Positions 14,401 to 27,944 of a stretch of DNA of 64,000 nucleotides are shown here, piece after piece. Source of the DNA: Vicugna vicugna. Taxonomy: Eukaryota. The position numbers and the translations under genes are program-made. How positions within the stretch are numbered: position 1 is the first letter of the stretch; each line of letters starts with the position of its first letter. The notes beneath the pieces are model-generated. The model did not search any database. It was not told the origin of the DNA and saw only the letters and a program-made list of their open reading frames with translations. The stretch covers positions 2,238,820-2,302,819 of the forward strand of contig MU062839.1 of the NCBI GenBank assembly GCA_013265495.1, read 5' to 3'.

Positions 14401-16077
14401 ATCCCAAATTAAGATAAGCAAGACAGTGCTGGCGCCACTGAGGTGTGCTCTGTAAGTTGCCTGGAGGGAAAGGGGGATTAAATAGTATTAACCTATTGAA
14501 AGTGAAAGTGTAAGCTATTTCACTTCATAGTTTCTAAAGGAAGGTACCCATACATCATAGAAGGCTTTCAGAACTTTCAGACACAGGGAACTGATTTCAT
14601 GTCCTAGAAACTTTATTTATGGCAATTTTAGTAGCATCAATCCAAAACTCATAAATCCAAAATATTAAATGTTTAGTAGTGTGGAAGGGCAAAAAGAGAG
14701 TTAAAAATAAGATTGCTTCCTTCTAAAATTTAACAGCGAGGAAAAAATGTGAAGAATTATGAAAACGAAATGCCTTTAAAATTATTTAATTCTATTTTTT
14801 TTAAGTTAATTTAATCAGAGACTGGGCTTAATAGCCCGGTTTTCTGACTCGCTGTCACTCAGGTTTTACTTTACGATGCGGCAAGTGGTGAACCACAATA
14901 AGCACAAGTTTTTAGCATTGACACCTTTTTAATAAGTAACATAATAGTAGTAAATCCAAATTTGGTGTTTTGTTTAGCTGAAGCTAGACGTTTTAAAATT
15001 TGCATAAAGAAGTTATTTAACTAAGCACTTAGGAGGAAAAGTCAATAAAAGAAATTAAATAGTCTTTGTTCTCGGAGAGAAAAGAGAAGATGAAAAGGGA
15101 TCCCAAAAGTAAACGTCACTGAAGGAGGTTGCTGCACTTCCCGTTAACATCATTTGTGGGCAGACTCCACTCCCAGCTGCTATGATGTACGATAGGGTTA
15201 TGAGCTGTCAGATGTGATCCTCTAAGACAGTAACCACAGAGCAGACTTCTGCACTAAAACATGACTGAATTTTTCTACCTCCTAAATTCAGTAAAAACAA
15301 TTGTGTTTTATTCCTATATTTTTCAAGGGTGTCCTTTTCCCTTCTCTTTCTGGCTCAAACTACAATGCATGATCCCTGTGGATCTTTATTAATCTGTCCT
15401 TTTTACGGGCTTAATATACATCCGTTCTATTCCCTGTCCTGTAGTTATAATAATTATTTGTTACCACTTTAAATTCTTTCTCTTATAAGATTAAAATTCA
15501 AACCAGTTTTGTCACTTAAGAAATCTTGAAAAATATCCATTTCATTCTTCCTCTCATTTTCCCCAGTACAGGCATATAGCCTTTCTTTTAAATTTCCCTG
15601 TTGCTCCTGGCTCTATATTTTCTTTTATGTCTTTCCTCTTAATAACCTTTGTTTATTATGCACCAGGTGTCTTCCAGTGCCTGCCTAAAGTTCCTCTAAA
15701 GCTTATATTTTCCACAGGGAATGGCTATATATATAGTGATTTTATTAGCCAGAGAAGTTGGTGTTTATACAACAAATATCAAAATATTTTATTACCTGCA
15801 GAGAAAACATTCAGATGATTAACTTCTTCAGTTTTTATCTAAATAGTTTATTGTCTTTCAAGCATGCCCCCCCATCTTCTTTATATTGCGAATTCTTTAT
15901 ACATATTAATCAGTTTTTTTCTGGGTTTCTAATGTCTAATACTTTCCTGCTTTTATCAGACATCTTGTATTTTATAAATAGTCAAATGGTACAGTACTGC
16001 TAAATTTAAATGTACATTAAATGAGCCTCATTTTGTTGAAACAGAGATGTTATTGTACATACTTGAGCTCTTTCTGC

Positions 16078-16095
16078 TACTGCCATCTAGTGGTT
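16078..16095 (-). promoter_or_regulatory. Candidate CTCF site in an LRRC72 intron
   Basis: Minus strand AACCACTAGATGGCAGTA fits the CTCF core CCASYAGRKGGCRS. Confidence 0.5.
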
Positions 16096-16999
16096 CTCGC
16101 TAGATGGATTTTCCAGGAGTATTTTCTAGAAATTCCATGAAAGCAGAATCCAAAATCTAAAGGTATCCAATGGGAAATCATAAAAGTTTTATTTTACATT
16201 GTATTGAAATAACCCTGTTTAATAGTATCTAAGAAAGGATAGGGAAAACATTATGCCTTTTCTGTGAAAATAAAACACAACTTGTAGTTGAAGATTTTTC
16301 AAAACGTATATGCTGATGCCTAATGGACGTGATGTCAGAAGTGCCAGGAGCACTTACACAACCACATGCCTCCCACCTCTAGCCACTGTGTTAGCGAGCA
16401 CAGTTCATTCTGTACCCCAGGATCTGCACATGAGGACATCCTGTGCCTGGCCAGAGGCAGACAAGACGCAAGCCCCACATCTGCTCACCTCTGCTCCTGC
16501 TGAGATCTGAAAGCTGCTACTGGCATTTGCATTTGAACTATGCACAATGGTGTGAGGCTGAGGAAGAAAGCTGTATTAGAACAGTGTACTGCATCTCTGT
16601 CGATCTCCATGCGGGCACTCCTGTGACCTTTGGGACCGGAAGAAGAGAACCAAATGAACTTAAATAAACAGCAGCATCAGGAACCCTCTAGCGCCAATAG
16701 CGACCTCTTCCTTTCCTGATTAATTTATGGACATTTAAAGCTGCTTATCTGTGGCACATTTGGATCAACGACATGACCTCAGCACCTAGCACGGTTCCTG
16801 GTAGACATCAAGCACTCCGAAAATATCTGTTGAATGAATGAACATAACAGATAGGAAAAGCCAGGCCTGCTCTGAATAAGTAAGAGTTTGGTGAGGCCGT
16901 TGGTTTGGTCCATGAAGCCGACCTTTATGTGTTCTTATGTTTTATGTTGATCCCGCAGTTTCCCACGTTTTACCAAGTGATAAATGAAACTAATTTTGA

Positions 17000-17140
<141 letters not shown>

Positions 17141-17451
17141 TAAGAGGCAGTCTTACAACTAACTCAGTCGCTTAAAAATGCTAAATAACTTTGAAAATAA
17201 TTCTCTTTGTAAATGAGTTTTTTAGTTATTTATTTTTGAAATTTTTGCTGTGTGAAATTTGTTCGTAATTTAGGAATTCATGTCTGTTGACCACTTTATA
17301 AGAAAGGTCATCTAACTGAACATAAGGGAAGGTCTCCTTCTGGCTCTGGTTTTGACAGTAATGTGTTGTTTCTTATTTCAAAGATAAGAGAACTGAACTA
17401 AAACTCCTAAGGCCTATTTAGGTTCTAAAAGTCATATTCTTTGAAATTCTT

Positions 17452-17500
17452 ATACATATATATATATGTATATATACACACACACACATACATACACACA
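17452..17500. repeat. (TA)n/(CA)n compound microsatellite
   Basis: atacatatatatatatgtatatatacacacacacacatacatacacacac. Confidence 0.9.
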
Positions 17501-18066
17501 CCTGAAATTTATGTATGTATATAAAGTTAAGTTATATATATGTACTAAAACACATAAACAATAACTTCTTTGTGAATGCATCTTTAGACATTGTAGATAA
17601 ACTAGTATGTAAACTAGTATATAAGCCACAAAAAAATCAACCTCAGTGCATTACATTTTATATTTTTGTGGTCTATTTTACCCAGAAGTGCTTTATTACC
17701 TATCTATGTAGCTTTCTACGATTTGAACATTCTTAATAATTTACAACTGAGTAACTTTTTAATGAGGATATGTTAAAATCTTATATTTATTCCTTTTCTT
17801 CCTCACAGCCTTGAAGAAAAGTAGGGAAATAGCATAGTTGCAATTTCAATCATCTATGGTGAAGTGTCAGAGTTTCTGGGATGCATTAGGACTGGTTTGT
17901 GGCTTGTGATGTGAAGGACATATATTGAGCACTTATGAGATTATGGTAATAACTTGGTAGACTTTTTAGAAAGTAATTTTGACACATAGTACAATATAGT
18001 TCAGATAAATCCACTTTTGAAAATAATTCTATGTTGAATCACTCTGTATCTATTTATATGCAATAA

Positions 18067-18354
<288 letters not shown>

Positions 18355-19674
18355 TAAATATTTTCTAATTTTATTAGCCTAATTAAATATGCAACTTCCA
18401 TCTTCATTTGTGTATATTTAACTAAATAAGGTAATGTGATAACAATGAGATTATACATTGAAGTCCTTTACCCCAGTATCTAGCACAGCATAAAGGGCTC
18501 AGTGAATAAGCTACAATTGTTATTATTACCACTGACACTGGACAATTTCACCAATTAATGCTATAATTGTTTTTGATAATATAGAAGAATATTAAGAAGA
18601 AATAAAAATTATCTGTGGTTCCTTCACTCAGAAATATACACTATTTGATTGTACTGTCATACATAGTGATCATATGCAGGTATAAGTTGAATATCTTCAA
18701 ATTAGAAGAAATACATAAATGTATATATATGCACATGGGAGCTAGAAACATGTGCAGAGCTCTTAATAGTGATACTTCTGATAAGAGGAATCGGAAAAGC
18801 CAAAGGGAGATTGCACTTTTTCCTATTTTCTTGTTTATATTCATCATAAGCAAAGTACGAGCTTTTAGTAATTAAAGATGTAGGAAAAGAGTCTGAGGGG
18901 TCAGAGAAGACATGGAAGACTTGGGTTAGTCCTGTGAAGGGACCAATGCCACCAGCCCTCTCCTCAGGCGGAGGCTGTGTACTCCTTGCCGCCTGGGGGT
19001 TGGCAAGAGCTCAGACTGTGAGCTTTGGTGGCCCAACAGGTGTTCGCACGTTCCACCACCAGCCTGGCACTGGGCCTTCTGGAGAGGAATGAACTAAGCA
19101 GTAATAGTCTCTAGAAGATACCGTAAGAAATCCAAGCTTTGAGGACTAGCCTTTTAGCTCCAAAGCTGGGGAAGAGGTAGATTCTTGTGGGGATCTAGAA
19201 GTTGTTTATTCTATTTCTTTGAAGTTAATGCCAAGAATCCAAGTGGTTTAAACTGCCTTAAATATTTTTCCCGCATTTGGTCTATTAGTGCATTTATAGA
19301 TGCATGTGCCTATCTGAAAAATAAAAAGGACCTGTTTCTGCACATAAGACTCAATATCTGAATTATAAAAATTCCCACTTGGATTCCATTGGGAACTAAA
19401 TTGAGCACTTTGTTCTCAGAGTTTTGAGATGTGTATGGTATTAGAGAATTTGCCTCAAAAACCTGAGACAAACTTAAGGTACAATATTTAAGAGAAAATT
19501 TCAGTTCGGGGTTAGGTATCAAGGTAATTTTGATGGATTGGACTGTTATCTGAATGATGGCTCAGAAACCAGAGAGCTATGCTCTAGACCTTTTCCTTTA
19601 CAGTATTACTCTATTGTTTTAAAATGCTGAAAAAATTTTTGGAACATACTAATTTAGAAATGTATTTTTTTTAG

Positions 19675-19702
19675 ACTTTGCATTTGCGAATAATGTAGAC
19701 AG
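19675..19702 (+). CDS. LRRC72: LRRC72 28-nt micro-exon (DFAFANNVD-R)
   Basis: tttttttttag|AC acceptor, ACAG|gtaagt consensus donor; needed to keep the frame between flanking exons. Confidence 0.9.
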
Positions 19703-20620
19703 GTAAGTGATTTTTTAACTTTACTTTTATTATCAGATTATTTCATAATTGTGTTGATTCCCTAAATTATTCTCTTTTCCCAAAACATTTCAGTAAGTTA
19801 AAAAAATGACTAACTCTTCAAAAGATGGGAAAAATTGCTGGGTTTCTGTGATAAATTAGTTCAAGCTGTGTATTCATATTTGACATATTTAGGTTTTTAA
19901 TATTACTGTTATAACCTAAAATAAATGAAGAGGTGAGTTGAGGTAGAGGGAGAAGTTGGACAAAAACATTAAAAAAAGAAAAAGGCAAAATCTTAAAAGT
20001 AAGCATAAAAAAACTTAAAAATTATTAGATATTACAAATGAAGGTCTTTACTTCTTTGTTTACTGTTCCCCTATATCTGGTCAGTGAGAGCAATTGTTAA
20101 CATTTTATATTCACTGGAATTTACATTTTCAAAAGAAATAGTTCATAAAATATGAAAAGCATCCTTAAATTTATGAATATTGATGAATTTAAAAATCATT
20201 ATTTTAAAATTTTGCACTTAGGGATTTCTTCTTTGGATTCAGTCTTGAAAAATATTATCTCCAAGCACATTTATAAAATATAGTATAATGTAGAGAAAAA
20301 AATCTTCCCAATAAAAGGTACATAAGATACTAATATGCATATGATAGCTATAAATACTTTAATTGTTCATTTAACACTGATTTGAAACATGAGTGCATGA
20401 ACATGTGAGACCTAAGCTATAATAGCCAGTCCCAAACATGTCCACTCTATTTTTAAAATAAACAGTATGTACAATAAACATAGTGTTACCTGTCCTGAAA
20501 GTCATTTGTCAGTAGGGCCCAAAAGCCGTCAGTGGTACTATACTACAAATAACAGGAAAATATGGCATTGATTCATTTAAATTAAACATTCACTTTGGTC
20601 TACTTGATGTTTTTTTCTGA

Positions 20621-20806
<186 letters not shown>

Positions 20807-20846
20807 CCCCTGGGGTTTCTAGCAATCACAGTGGTTTTCAGTTAAT

Positions 20847-20852
20847 ATTAAA
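20847..20852 (+). terminator. Candidate LRRC72 poly(A) signal ATTAAA (very short 3'UTR)
   Basis: ATTAAA about 40 nt after the stop, followed by GU/U-rich tgtttattgtggtattt at about 20877-20893. Confidence 0.45.
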
Positions 20853-20959
20853 CTTTTCTGTTATTAGCATATTATATGTTTATTGTGGTATTTGAAACAT
20901 TTAAATGTAAACAGAAACACCAATGAAAAAGAATTCCTTCATTTTATCTTGTTTCTGTT

Positions 20960-21345
20960 TAAGTAGAAGATATATATAGAAATGTATACAAATCTAAAGT
21001 GTTCAGCTCTACAGATTTTCAAAATAATGAGCATGCTCAATGTGACTGGCATCTTAGATCAAGAAACAGAAGATTATCAGCTCTCTAAAAGCCTATTCCT
21101 ATTACTATTTCTATTACTAGTCCAATTACCTGTTACTACCACCCTTCGAAAGTAATCACTGTCCTGATTTCTAAACCAGGTATTAATTATGTCTGTTTTT
21201 GAAAGGCATATAAATGGAATCATAGAAGTTGAATTTTTTTTTCTGGCTTCTTATACTCAGCATTGTAAAATTCACCCATGTAATTGCTAATAGCAGTAAT
21301 TGTTCTCATTGCTGTATAGAATTCCATTGTGTTACTAGACCACAA
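20960..21345 (-). mobile_element. Old L1M 3' fragment
   Basis: 'aaatggaatcatag...ctggcttcttatactcagcattgtaaaattcacccatgtaattgc'. Confidence 0.7.
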
Positions 21346-21389
21346 TTTATTTATCCAGTCTACTATTTTTTACTCTTACCTTTGGAGGC

Positions 21390-21760
21390 ATCTGGAAAAA
21401 GAAGAAACTGTTGATGCACACAACTTGGATAAATCTCAGTGGTGTTTATGCCGAGTGAAAGAAGCCAGTCTCAAGTTTATATACTGTAAGATTTCACTTA
21501 TACAACTTTCTTGAGGACAGAACTATAGGAAAAGAGGACAAATTAGTGGTTGTCAGGGCTTACGAGCTGGGGCATGGTATGGGATAGCAAGAAAGTGGTT
21601 TTTTTTTTTTAGGGGGGCTGTTGGATAATGGAACTGTTGTGTACTGATTATGGTGATAGTTACATGAATCTGTATAGATACTAAAATGCAAAGAATCATA
21701 CACCTATTTATAAGTCAATTTTATTTGTAGGTTTAACTTTTCAAATAAAAACTTAAAAAG
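21390..21760 (+). mobile_element. Old L1M 3' end with A-rich tail
   Basis: 'gagtgaaagaagccagtctcaa...atactgtaagatttcacttatacaac...ttagtggttgtcagggc'. Confidence 0.7.
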
Positions 21761-21778
21761 TTAAAAAAAAAACAAAAA

Positions 21779-21917
21779 CAGAGAAAAAAATGTGACAATG
21801 AGTGTGTATATGTCCATGAATGACTGAAAGATTGTGCTGAACACTGGAATTTGACACAACATTGTAAAATGATTATAAATCAATAAAAAATGTTAAAACA
21901 AAAACAAAAACAAAAAC
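21779..21917 (+). mobile_element. Younger 5'-truncated L1 3' end inserted in the older L1 tail
   Basis: 'aaaaaaatgtgacaatga...gacacaacattgtaaaatgattataaatcaataaaaaa' plus (AAAAAC)n tail. Confidence 0.7.
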
Positions 21918-22449
21918 CCTGCCAGTTCTGGGTGTGGGCTTATGGTCTCTGCTTGCCCCAGCCAGAAGCATTCAGCTAGAGAAAAAGGAAGCCAGAAAAG
22001 CTTTCAGCAGTTGCCTGGTGCTGAGACAAAAAACTGGACATGTAAGGTAACTCAGAATGCATTGCTGGTTTTTCTCAAGCTAAGCTGAAGAGCTAGATCA
22101 AAAGCTTATAAAAAGCAGGATGACACTTTCCTCTGTCTTATAGCGCCTGCACACCATCACACCATAGACACACTATAGAAGTGGGGCTGAAATCCAAGCA
22201 GAAGAGAGGTGAAAACCCTAGAGGGAGCAGTGAACTGTCACTGAGAACCTGAGATCTCCTTTCACCTGTGGGCACCTAGGATTCTGTGCTTAGCCAGAGT
22301 CTGAAAAGTCAGGTATGGTCCCTGCTCAAATACTCAGTTACACTGAGATAACACCTGGGGCGGGGAGGTGGGGGGGAGGTGGTTATCCTGGTTGAAAAAC
22401 ATTATATTAAATGCCAGAAGGTTGCAACTGAGGGAGAGAGTTTGGCATT

Positions 22450-22932
22450 GATGTAGGTTAGTGGTTGATAATCAAGGCAAAAGTGATGGCATGTGGCTTC
22501 CAAGATTAGGTCATAGAATCAAAATGTTCTCTTGCTCTCTCTCCCTATCACTTAATCTGCAGGAAGCCAGCTGCCTTGTCATGAGGACTTTTAAGCAGTC
22601 CTCTGGAGAGGTCCACGTGGTGAGGAATTGAGGCCTCTTTCCAGAAGCAAGTAAGTAACTAAGGCCTCTGCCAACAACCATGTGAATTGCAAGCCAGCCT
22701 CCAGATCCAATTAACCATCTTGCAAGCAGATCTTCCAAATCCAGTTTAAGCCTCAGATGACGGCAGCCTGGGCTGAAAGCTTCACGGCACCCTCCTGAGA
22801 AACCCCAAGCCAGAGCCACTCCATTAAGCTGCTTCTATTTCTGGCCCACAGAAACTGTATGAGATATTGCTTTTTGATGCTTCAAGCTGAGAAGTTTTGG
22901 GATAATTTATAACACAGCAAAAGATAAGTAAT
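22450..22932 (+). mobile_element. MaLR LTR (older MLT1 subfamily)
   Basis: 'gaagccagctgccttgtcatgagg...ggagaggtccacgtggtgaggaattgaggcct...cccacagaaactgtatgaga...ttcaagctgagaagttttgggataattt'. Confidence 0.8.
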
Positions 22933-24052
22933 ATAATAACCCAGCATAATCCATGGTGCTAGAAGTATTTATTGTAAGTAAGGATGCCTTGCTAAGTCTC
23001 TGGCAAGCTCTGAGAGGAGTCAGTGCATTCTTCATGGGTCATACCATCAGCAGCACAGAACTAGTGATCAGTCAAATAGCAGTTCTAGGCATGGCACTGC
23101 ATCCATTCTAGAATTGAGAGGCTGATCACTGATCAGCAAGTAACTGACCAGAGCTACTCTCAGGAACTGAGTGCTATCAAACTCACCAAGCAATAACGCT
23201 GGGTGGGCGTAGCAACAATCCATTTCATAGTGGAAATGGTGTATTTTAGCCCAGTTTTAAAATGGCCCATAAACTGCGTAGAAGTATTAACTTTTAATTA
23301 GACTGCAGTAAATTGAGGATGGGATGCAATTTCCAGGTTAACCATTGAAAGAGTAGTAAAAGAATGTATAGTCTGGTATTTCATTTTTAATCCCATGCTC
23401 ACTGAAAATGATGAAAAATTTATTCTTCTTGTGAAAATATGGCTAACAAATTTTACTTAACCTCCTTTTTAGAGAACCAATGAAAATATATATCATCTCT
23501 ATGAAGAAAAAGATTTGCTTTAAAATACACTCAATACTAGGTATTTTTTACTCAATCGTAAAGGGCTACTAGTGGCCGTGGTTGAAAAACATTATATTAA
23601 ATGCCATTTGGGGAAAAGCACAAAATAGAAGACATGATCCTTACTTGAGTAACCTAAAACTTTACCAAAATGGAACACACAACTGAGAGGGTGCTTTTAA
23701 TTAAGTTTTTTGTTTAAACAACAGAGATCCATTCAAGCTAGCGCAAGTGAAAGCATGTTTATTTCAGGATCCATCAGGTGATCTTATAACTAGGAAACAG
23801 AAAACACTGATGTATAGATTTGCAGAGGGTAGTGGCCACAAGTGAGGGCTCTGGAATCAGGCACACCTAGCTTAGCTCTTCCACCTACCAGTTATGTTAC
23901 TTGGACAAGTTAGTTAACCTTTAGGCATTAATTTCCTCTTATTTAAAATAATAGTAAGTTACTTCATAAAGTCTCAAGGATTAAGTTAGATCATGTATGT
24001 AAGTGTTAGGTAGAGTGGCTCTCTCAAAGTGCTCAATATACATCAGCTACTA

Positions 24053-24260
24053 CAGGTGACCCTTGAACACCTTGGGTTTGAAATACGCAGGTCCACTTAT
24101 ACACAGATGTTTTTCAGTAAATGTGTACTACGGTACTACATGCCCCACAGTGGGTTGAATCCCTGGATGTGGAACTGCAAATTGGAGGGCTGACTGTGAG
24201 GTCATACTCGGATTTTGAGGAGGGTTGGCGTCCCAGAACTGTGTTGTTCAAAGGCAGTTG
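24053..24260 (+). mobile_element. Tigger2-derived MITE (TcMar)
   Basis: TA|caggtgacccttgaaca ... tgttgttcaaaggcagttg|TG terminal inverted repeats; 'gcaggtccacttatacacagat'. Confidence 0.8.
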
Positions 24261-24280
24261 TGCCCCTTAGAAGTATACCT

Positions 24281-24622
24281 GTATTATAAGCTGAATGTCT
24301 GTGTCCCCTCAGAATTTATGTCTTTAAACCCAATCCCCAGTGTGCTGGTTCTTAGAGGTAAGGCCTTTGGGAGGTAATCAGGTCATGAGGGCGGAGCGTC
24401 ATGAATGGGATTAGCAGATTTATCAGAGGCCAGAAAGCTAGCTTGCCCTCTTTCTGCCACATGAGGACACAAGGTGGCCCTCTGTAAACTACTCACCAAG
24501 AACTTGGCCACACTTGGCACCCAGATCTTGAACTTTCAGCCTCCAGAACAGTGAGAAATAAATGTTTGCTGTTTAAGCCATCCTAATCTATAGTAATTTG
24601 TTTTAGCGACCCAACCTAGGAC
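24281..24622 (+). mobile_element. MLT1A-type MaLR solo LTR
   Basis: tg-start; 'ggcctttgggaggtaatcaggtcatgagggcggagc..atgaatgggattag' and 'cagcctccagaacagtgagaaataaatgtttgctgtttaagcca'; ends -aca. Confidence 0.85.
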
Positions 24623-24629
24623 ACCTGCT

Positions 24630-24828
24630 CTTTTAGTCAGGGTTCTTCATAGGAACAGAACCAACTGGGTATATGCATAGTTATAAAGAGAGCAATTTAT
24701 TTCAAGGAATTACTAGTTCATGCCATCACGGGGGCTGGCAAGTCCAAAATTTGTAGAGCAGGCAGGTGCAGACTTAAAATTCAGGTATGATTTGATGTTT
24801 CAGTTTTGAGCCTGAAATCCACAGAGCA
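24630..24828 (-). mobile_element. MLT2 (ERVL) LTR fragment
   Basis: 'ttagtcagggttct...gaacagaacca...aaggaatt...ggctggcaagtccaaaat'. Confidence 0.7.
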
Positions 24829-24829
24829 A

Positions 24830-25090
24830 GCATTTGTTTGTTGGAGCTTATTTTTGTCTGTAGTTTGTTGGTGTTTCCATGTTGCTGGCTTCTTCAGCCT
24901 CAAGTCTAGGATATACGAGGCAAAAAAGAAAACCCAGAGAAAACACGAAGTGTCATTTCATTGCCTGGATCCTAAGGATCCTAGCCAATCTGCTTTCTGT
25001 TTTTATTTATGTCTAAGGTTTTTAGTTTTACTTTGTAGGTGTAATAAGAAAAAGGATGTCTACTCTATCTTCCTAGAAGCAGAAGTGTTC
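24830..25090 (-). mobile_element. L1MC-type 3' fragment
   Basis: 'gaggcaaaaaagaaaacccagaga...gtctactctatcttcctagaagcagaagt'. Confidence 0.6.
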
Positions 25091-25094
25091 AGGT

Positions 25095-25266
25095 TTTTTT
25101 TAAATTTTATTTTTATTTTTATTTTTTGAAGAGTGATTTTATTTAGGTTTTGGGGGGGTAATTAGATTTATTTATTTATTTAATTTTGAAGGAGGCACTG
25201 GGGATTGAACCCAGGACCTCATGCATGCTAAGCATGTGCTCTACTACATGAGCTATAACCTCCCCC
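25095..25266 (-). mobile_element. tRNA-Ala-derived SINE (vic-1 type)
   Basis: Reverse complement ggaggttatagctcatgtagtagagcacatgcttagcatgcatgaggtcctgggttcaatccccagtgcctcc (tRNA-Ala AGC-like, A/B boxes) plus AT-rich tail. Confidence 0.85.
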
Positions 25267-27938
25267 CTTTTTTTTTTTAAATATAGCTGAATTTGTTTCC
25301 TTTTGTGGCTTCTGGATTTAGTATCATATTTAGGAAAGCATCCTTCATGCCAAAGGCACTAAGAATTCTTTGATGGCTTCTTCCAGAATTGATAATTCTT
25401 TTTCACATTTAAATCATCCATTTGGAATCATCCTGGGATTAAGCAGTTTTATATGACTTTATGAACTGGCTAGTTATACTGCCCTGAATTGGTCAATAAA
25501 TCAGCTACCTGATTTATTCTACAAAAATTAAGATAACCACTTAAAAAGGTGCCCTTATCAATTTATAAAACTAAAACTTTGTCCTTAAAGGACATAGAAA
25601 CTAGGCTAGAGCCACCTTTTGAGGGGGAAGAAATCTCATTTATCTACTGAAGTAATTAGAAGGAAGAAATTTGCTTTTTACTAAATTAAGATCTTTCTTT
25701 TCATCTATGTAAATGATGCTTTAATATTATCCCAGTCTACATAAACATACATTAATCACTATACAGTATCAAGCAAATATTAGTTTTTCCAAAATAAACA
25801 TTGGTAAAGAGATACAAAAATACCTTGTACTGGTAGTTTCTTTTCCAACCAAAATGGTTAACTACAATGTAATCAAAAACCTGAACTGCCATTGTATTTT
25901 TTCTAAAAGCATATAAATCTCAAAGATTTTAATTATATGCCTTCATTTTCCTTTTAATTATATTTATTTAACTTTTGAAATTTGATTCCATGTTCTCTAG
26001 TTGTCGCAAGACGTATTAATAAGAATTCTTTGTTTCTGATTTCTAGAAAGCCAAATGAGAAATTTATTTGCTCAAGTAACCAAACCCCATAAACACAGTG
26101 TAGACGATCAGAGCCCAATGGATTCGACAGTGCTCCTCCCTCTCTCTCTCCTGTATCTGCTCAGTGGATGCACTCTCTCAGGTACGTCTATGTGTGAGCT
26201 CCAGCAGCTCTGGAACAGAATCCCTGTAATTTGTCATTGTCCCCCGGGAGAAACAAACAAAAACCCTCCCTCTTTGCCCTCAGGAATGTAAACACCTCTG
26301 GGAAGTACTCTAACTGGCCTAGATGTGGTCAAGGAGGCATAAAACAGCAACCATAAGACCACGAGACTTGGAAGACATCTAGCTCCCATTCAGGAAGGGG
26401 CTGACTTGCTTCCGAGGCAGGGGAGATGAGATCCTGAGAAGATAAAATCACTGCAAGAGTATCTACTTCAAGAATTTCTATTAAGTGTAACATCCAATAA
26501 TATTAAAACTCAAGTAAAGTCACATACATGATGGATGACTAAAATCAGTTATCTTTTTGAGAGCCTAGGGAAGAGCCACCACATCCTATAAAATAATGGC
26601 TTGTCTTCAGAGCTCTGTTATTATGTCTGCAGAGAAACTACAGTGACCGTAATAAGTTAACAGTGTACAACGTAGTAGTCAAAACTGCAGACCTCGCTGA
26701 GTTCCAGCTCTGTACTTTTGGATAAGTTAGTTGACCTCTTTAGACTTTAACCTCCTTATCTGTGCTATGGGGATAAAAATAAAGCCTGATTCATGGGGTG
26801 TTGTGAATATTGAACAAGATAACTTCAAGGATACAGTAACTTTCGGTCTTCACTATTATTATTTGATTGTTGAATCAAAAAGCAGAATCCAATTTCCTAA
26901 TAAACCCACTAGCTAATTTAATATCCTATTACATCAGCTCTAAGTACAAGACATATTGGAACAGTAAGACTACTCTAATCTTTTAGGTCCTATTTTTATT
27001 TGAGAAATTTTCTTGATGGCATATTGAAAGTAATTCAACATGGTAAAAAAAAAAACAACAGATGCCCACCGTTTTGATGATGTTATAATGGAAACATCTA
27101 TTTTTGGCTATGGGATTATAATCAGACCCAACTTCATTTCTCTTTAACCCCATTTTATGACCACCCTTCACTGAAATACATCCGTGGAAATTTTGATATT
27201 GACATGGCTTATACGTGAAGTCCTCTTTGTCCAATTGGAAAGTTACTATTCATGCCAGTGGTAGCTGCGTCAGAGTTCCAGTTCATATTGGCATTCATTT
27301 CAGTGAAGGGGAAAATTCCTTCTACATCACCACATCTCTTGATTTTCCTGTTCCCTTCTGTTTTTTCCACAACCCTCCATGCTATCCAAAGACGGAGACC
27401 ATGATGACAACACTGAATGATAACACACCCCCCCAAAATAATTAAAAATCAAGGAACTAGGTTAAAAAACATACTTGCAGGAGAGGAAGGCCTGGGAGGC
27501 CTGTTTTTCTAGTCAAAGATAAATGTTTATCAGTGTGTAGATGAGGTACTTTGATGAGTGAAGGGAAGCTTGTTGTGACTGACAAGTTCAGGTAAAATCT
27601 GCTGGATTTCTACTCACTTAACAGCAAACTTCCTCACGTGAAGCCTCCCTAGAGCAGCCTAGTACAGGGTGTGCAGCAGGTGGATGTGTTGGGGCTGGGA
27701 GAAAAGTAGCCGAGCGCAAGTAAGAGGAAAAGCTGGAGGACAGAAGAATGTGATCCGTGAAGTGGGATGAGGATTCTAGTCATTTTGATTTTCAGTTGTA
27801 CCTGTTAAAATAATCATTACTATGTTCTCCAGTACGTGCTAAGTTTCCTAAAATTTGTTAAGTTCCCTAATATTTGCCACCCATTGACAGCAATAAACTA
27901 TGAAACAAGGTACGAGTTGGTTATATTAGTAGGCACAA

Positions 27939-27944
27939 TTTATT
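27939..27944 (-). terminator. Candidate distal ANKMY2 poly(A) signal AATAAA
   Basis: tttatt on + strand; on the minus strand preceded by TGTA and followed by a U/GU-rich tract; about 960 nt after the stop. Confidence 0.6.

Noticed and set aside
25190-25266. Apparent tRNA-Ala gene (also near 32826 and 50690)
   Set aside because: Degenerate stems, A/T-rich tails and a TSD identify SINE heads, not functional tRNAs.
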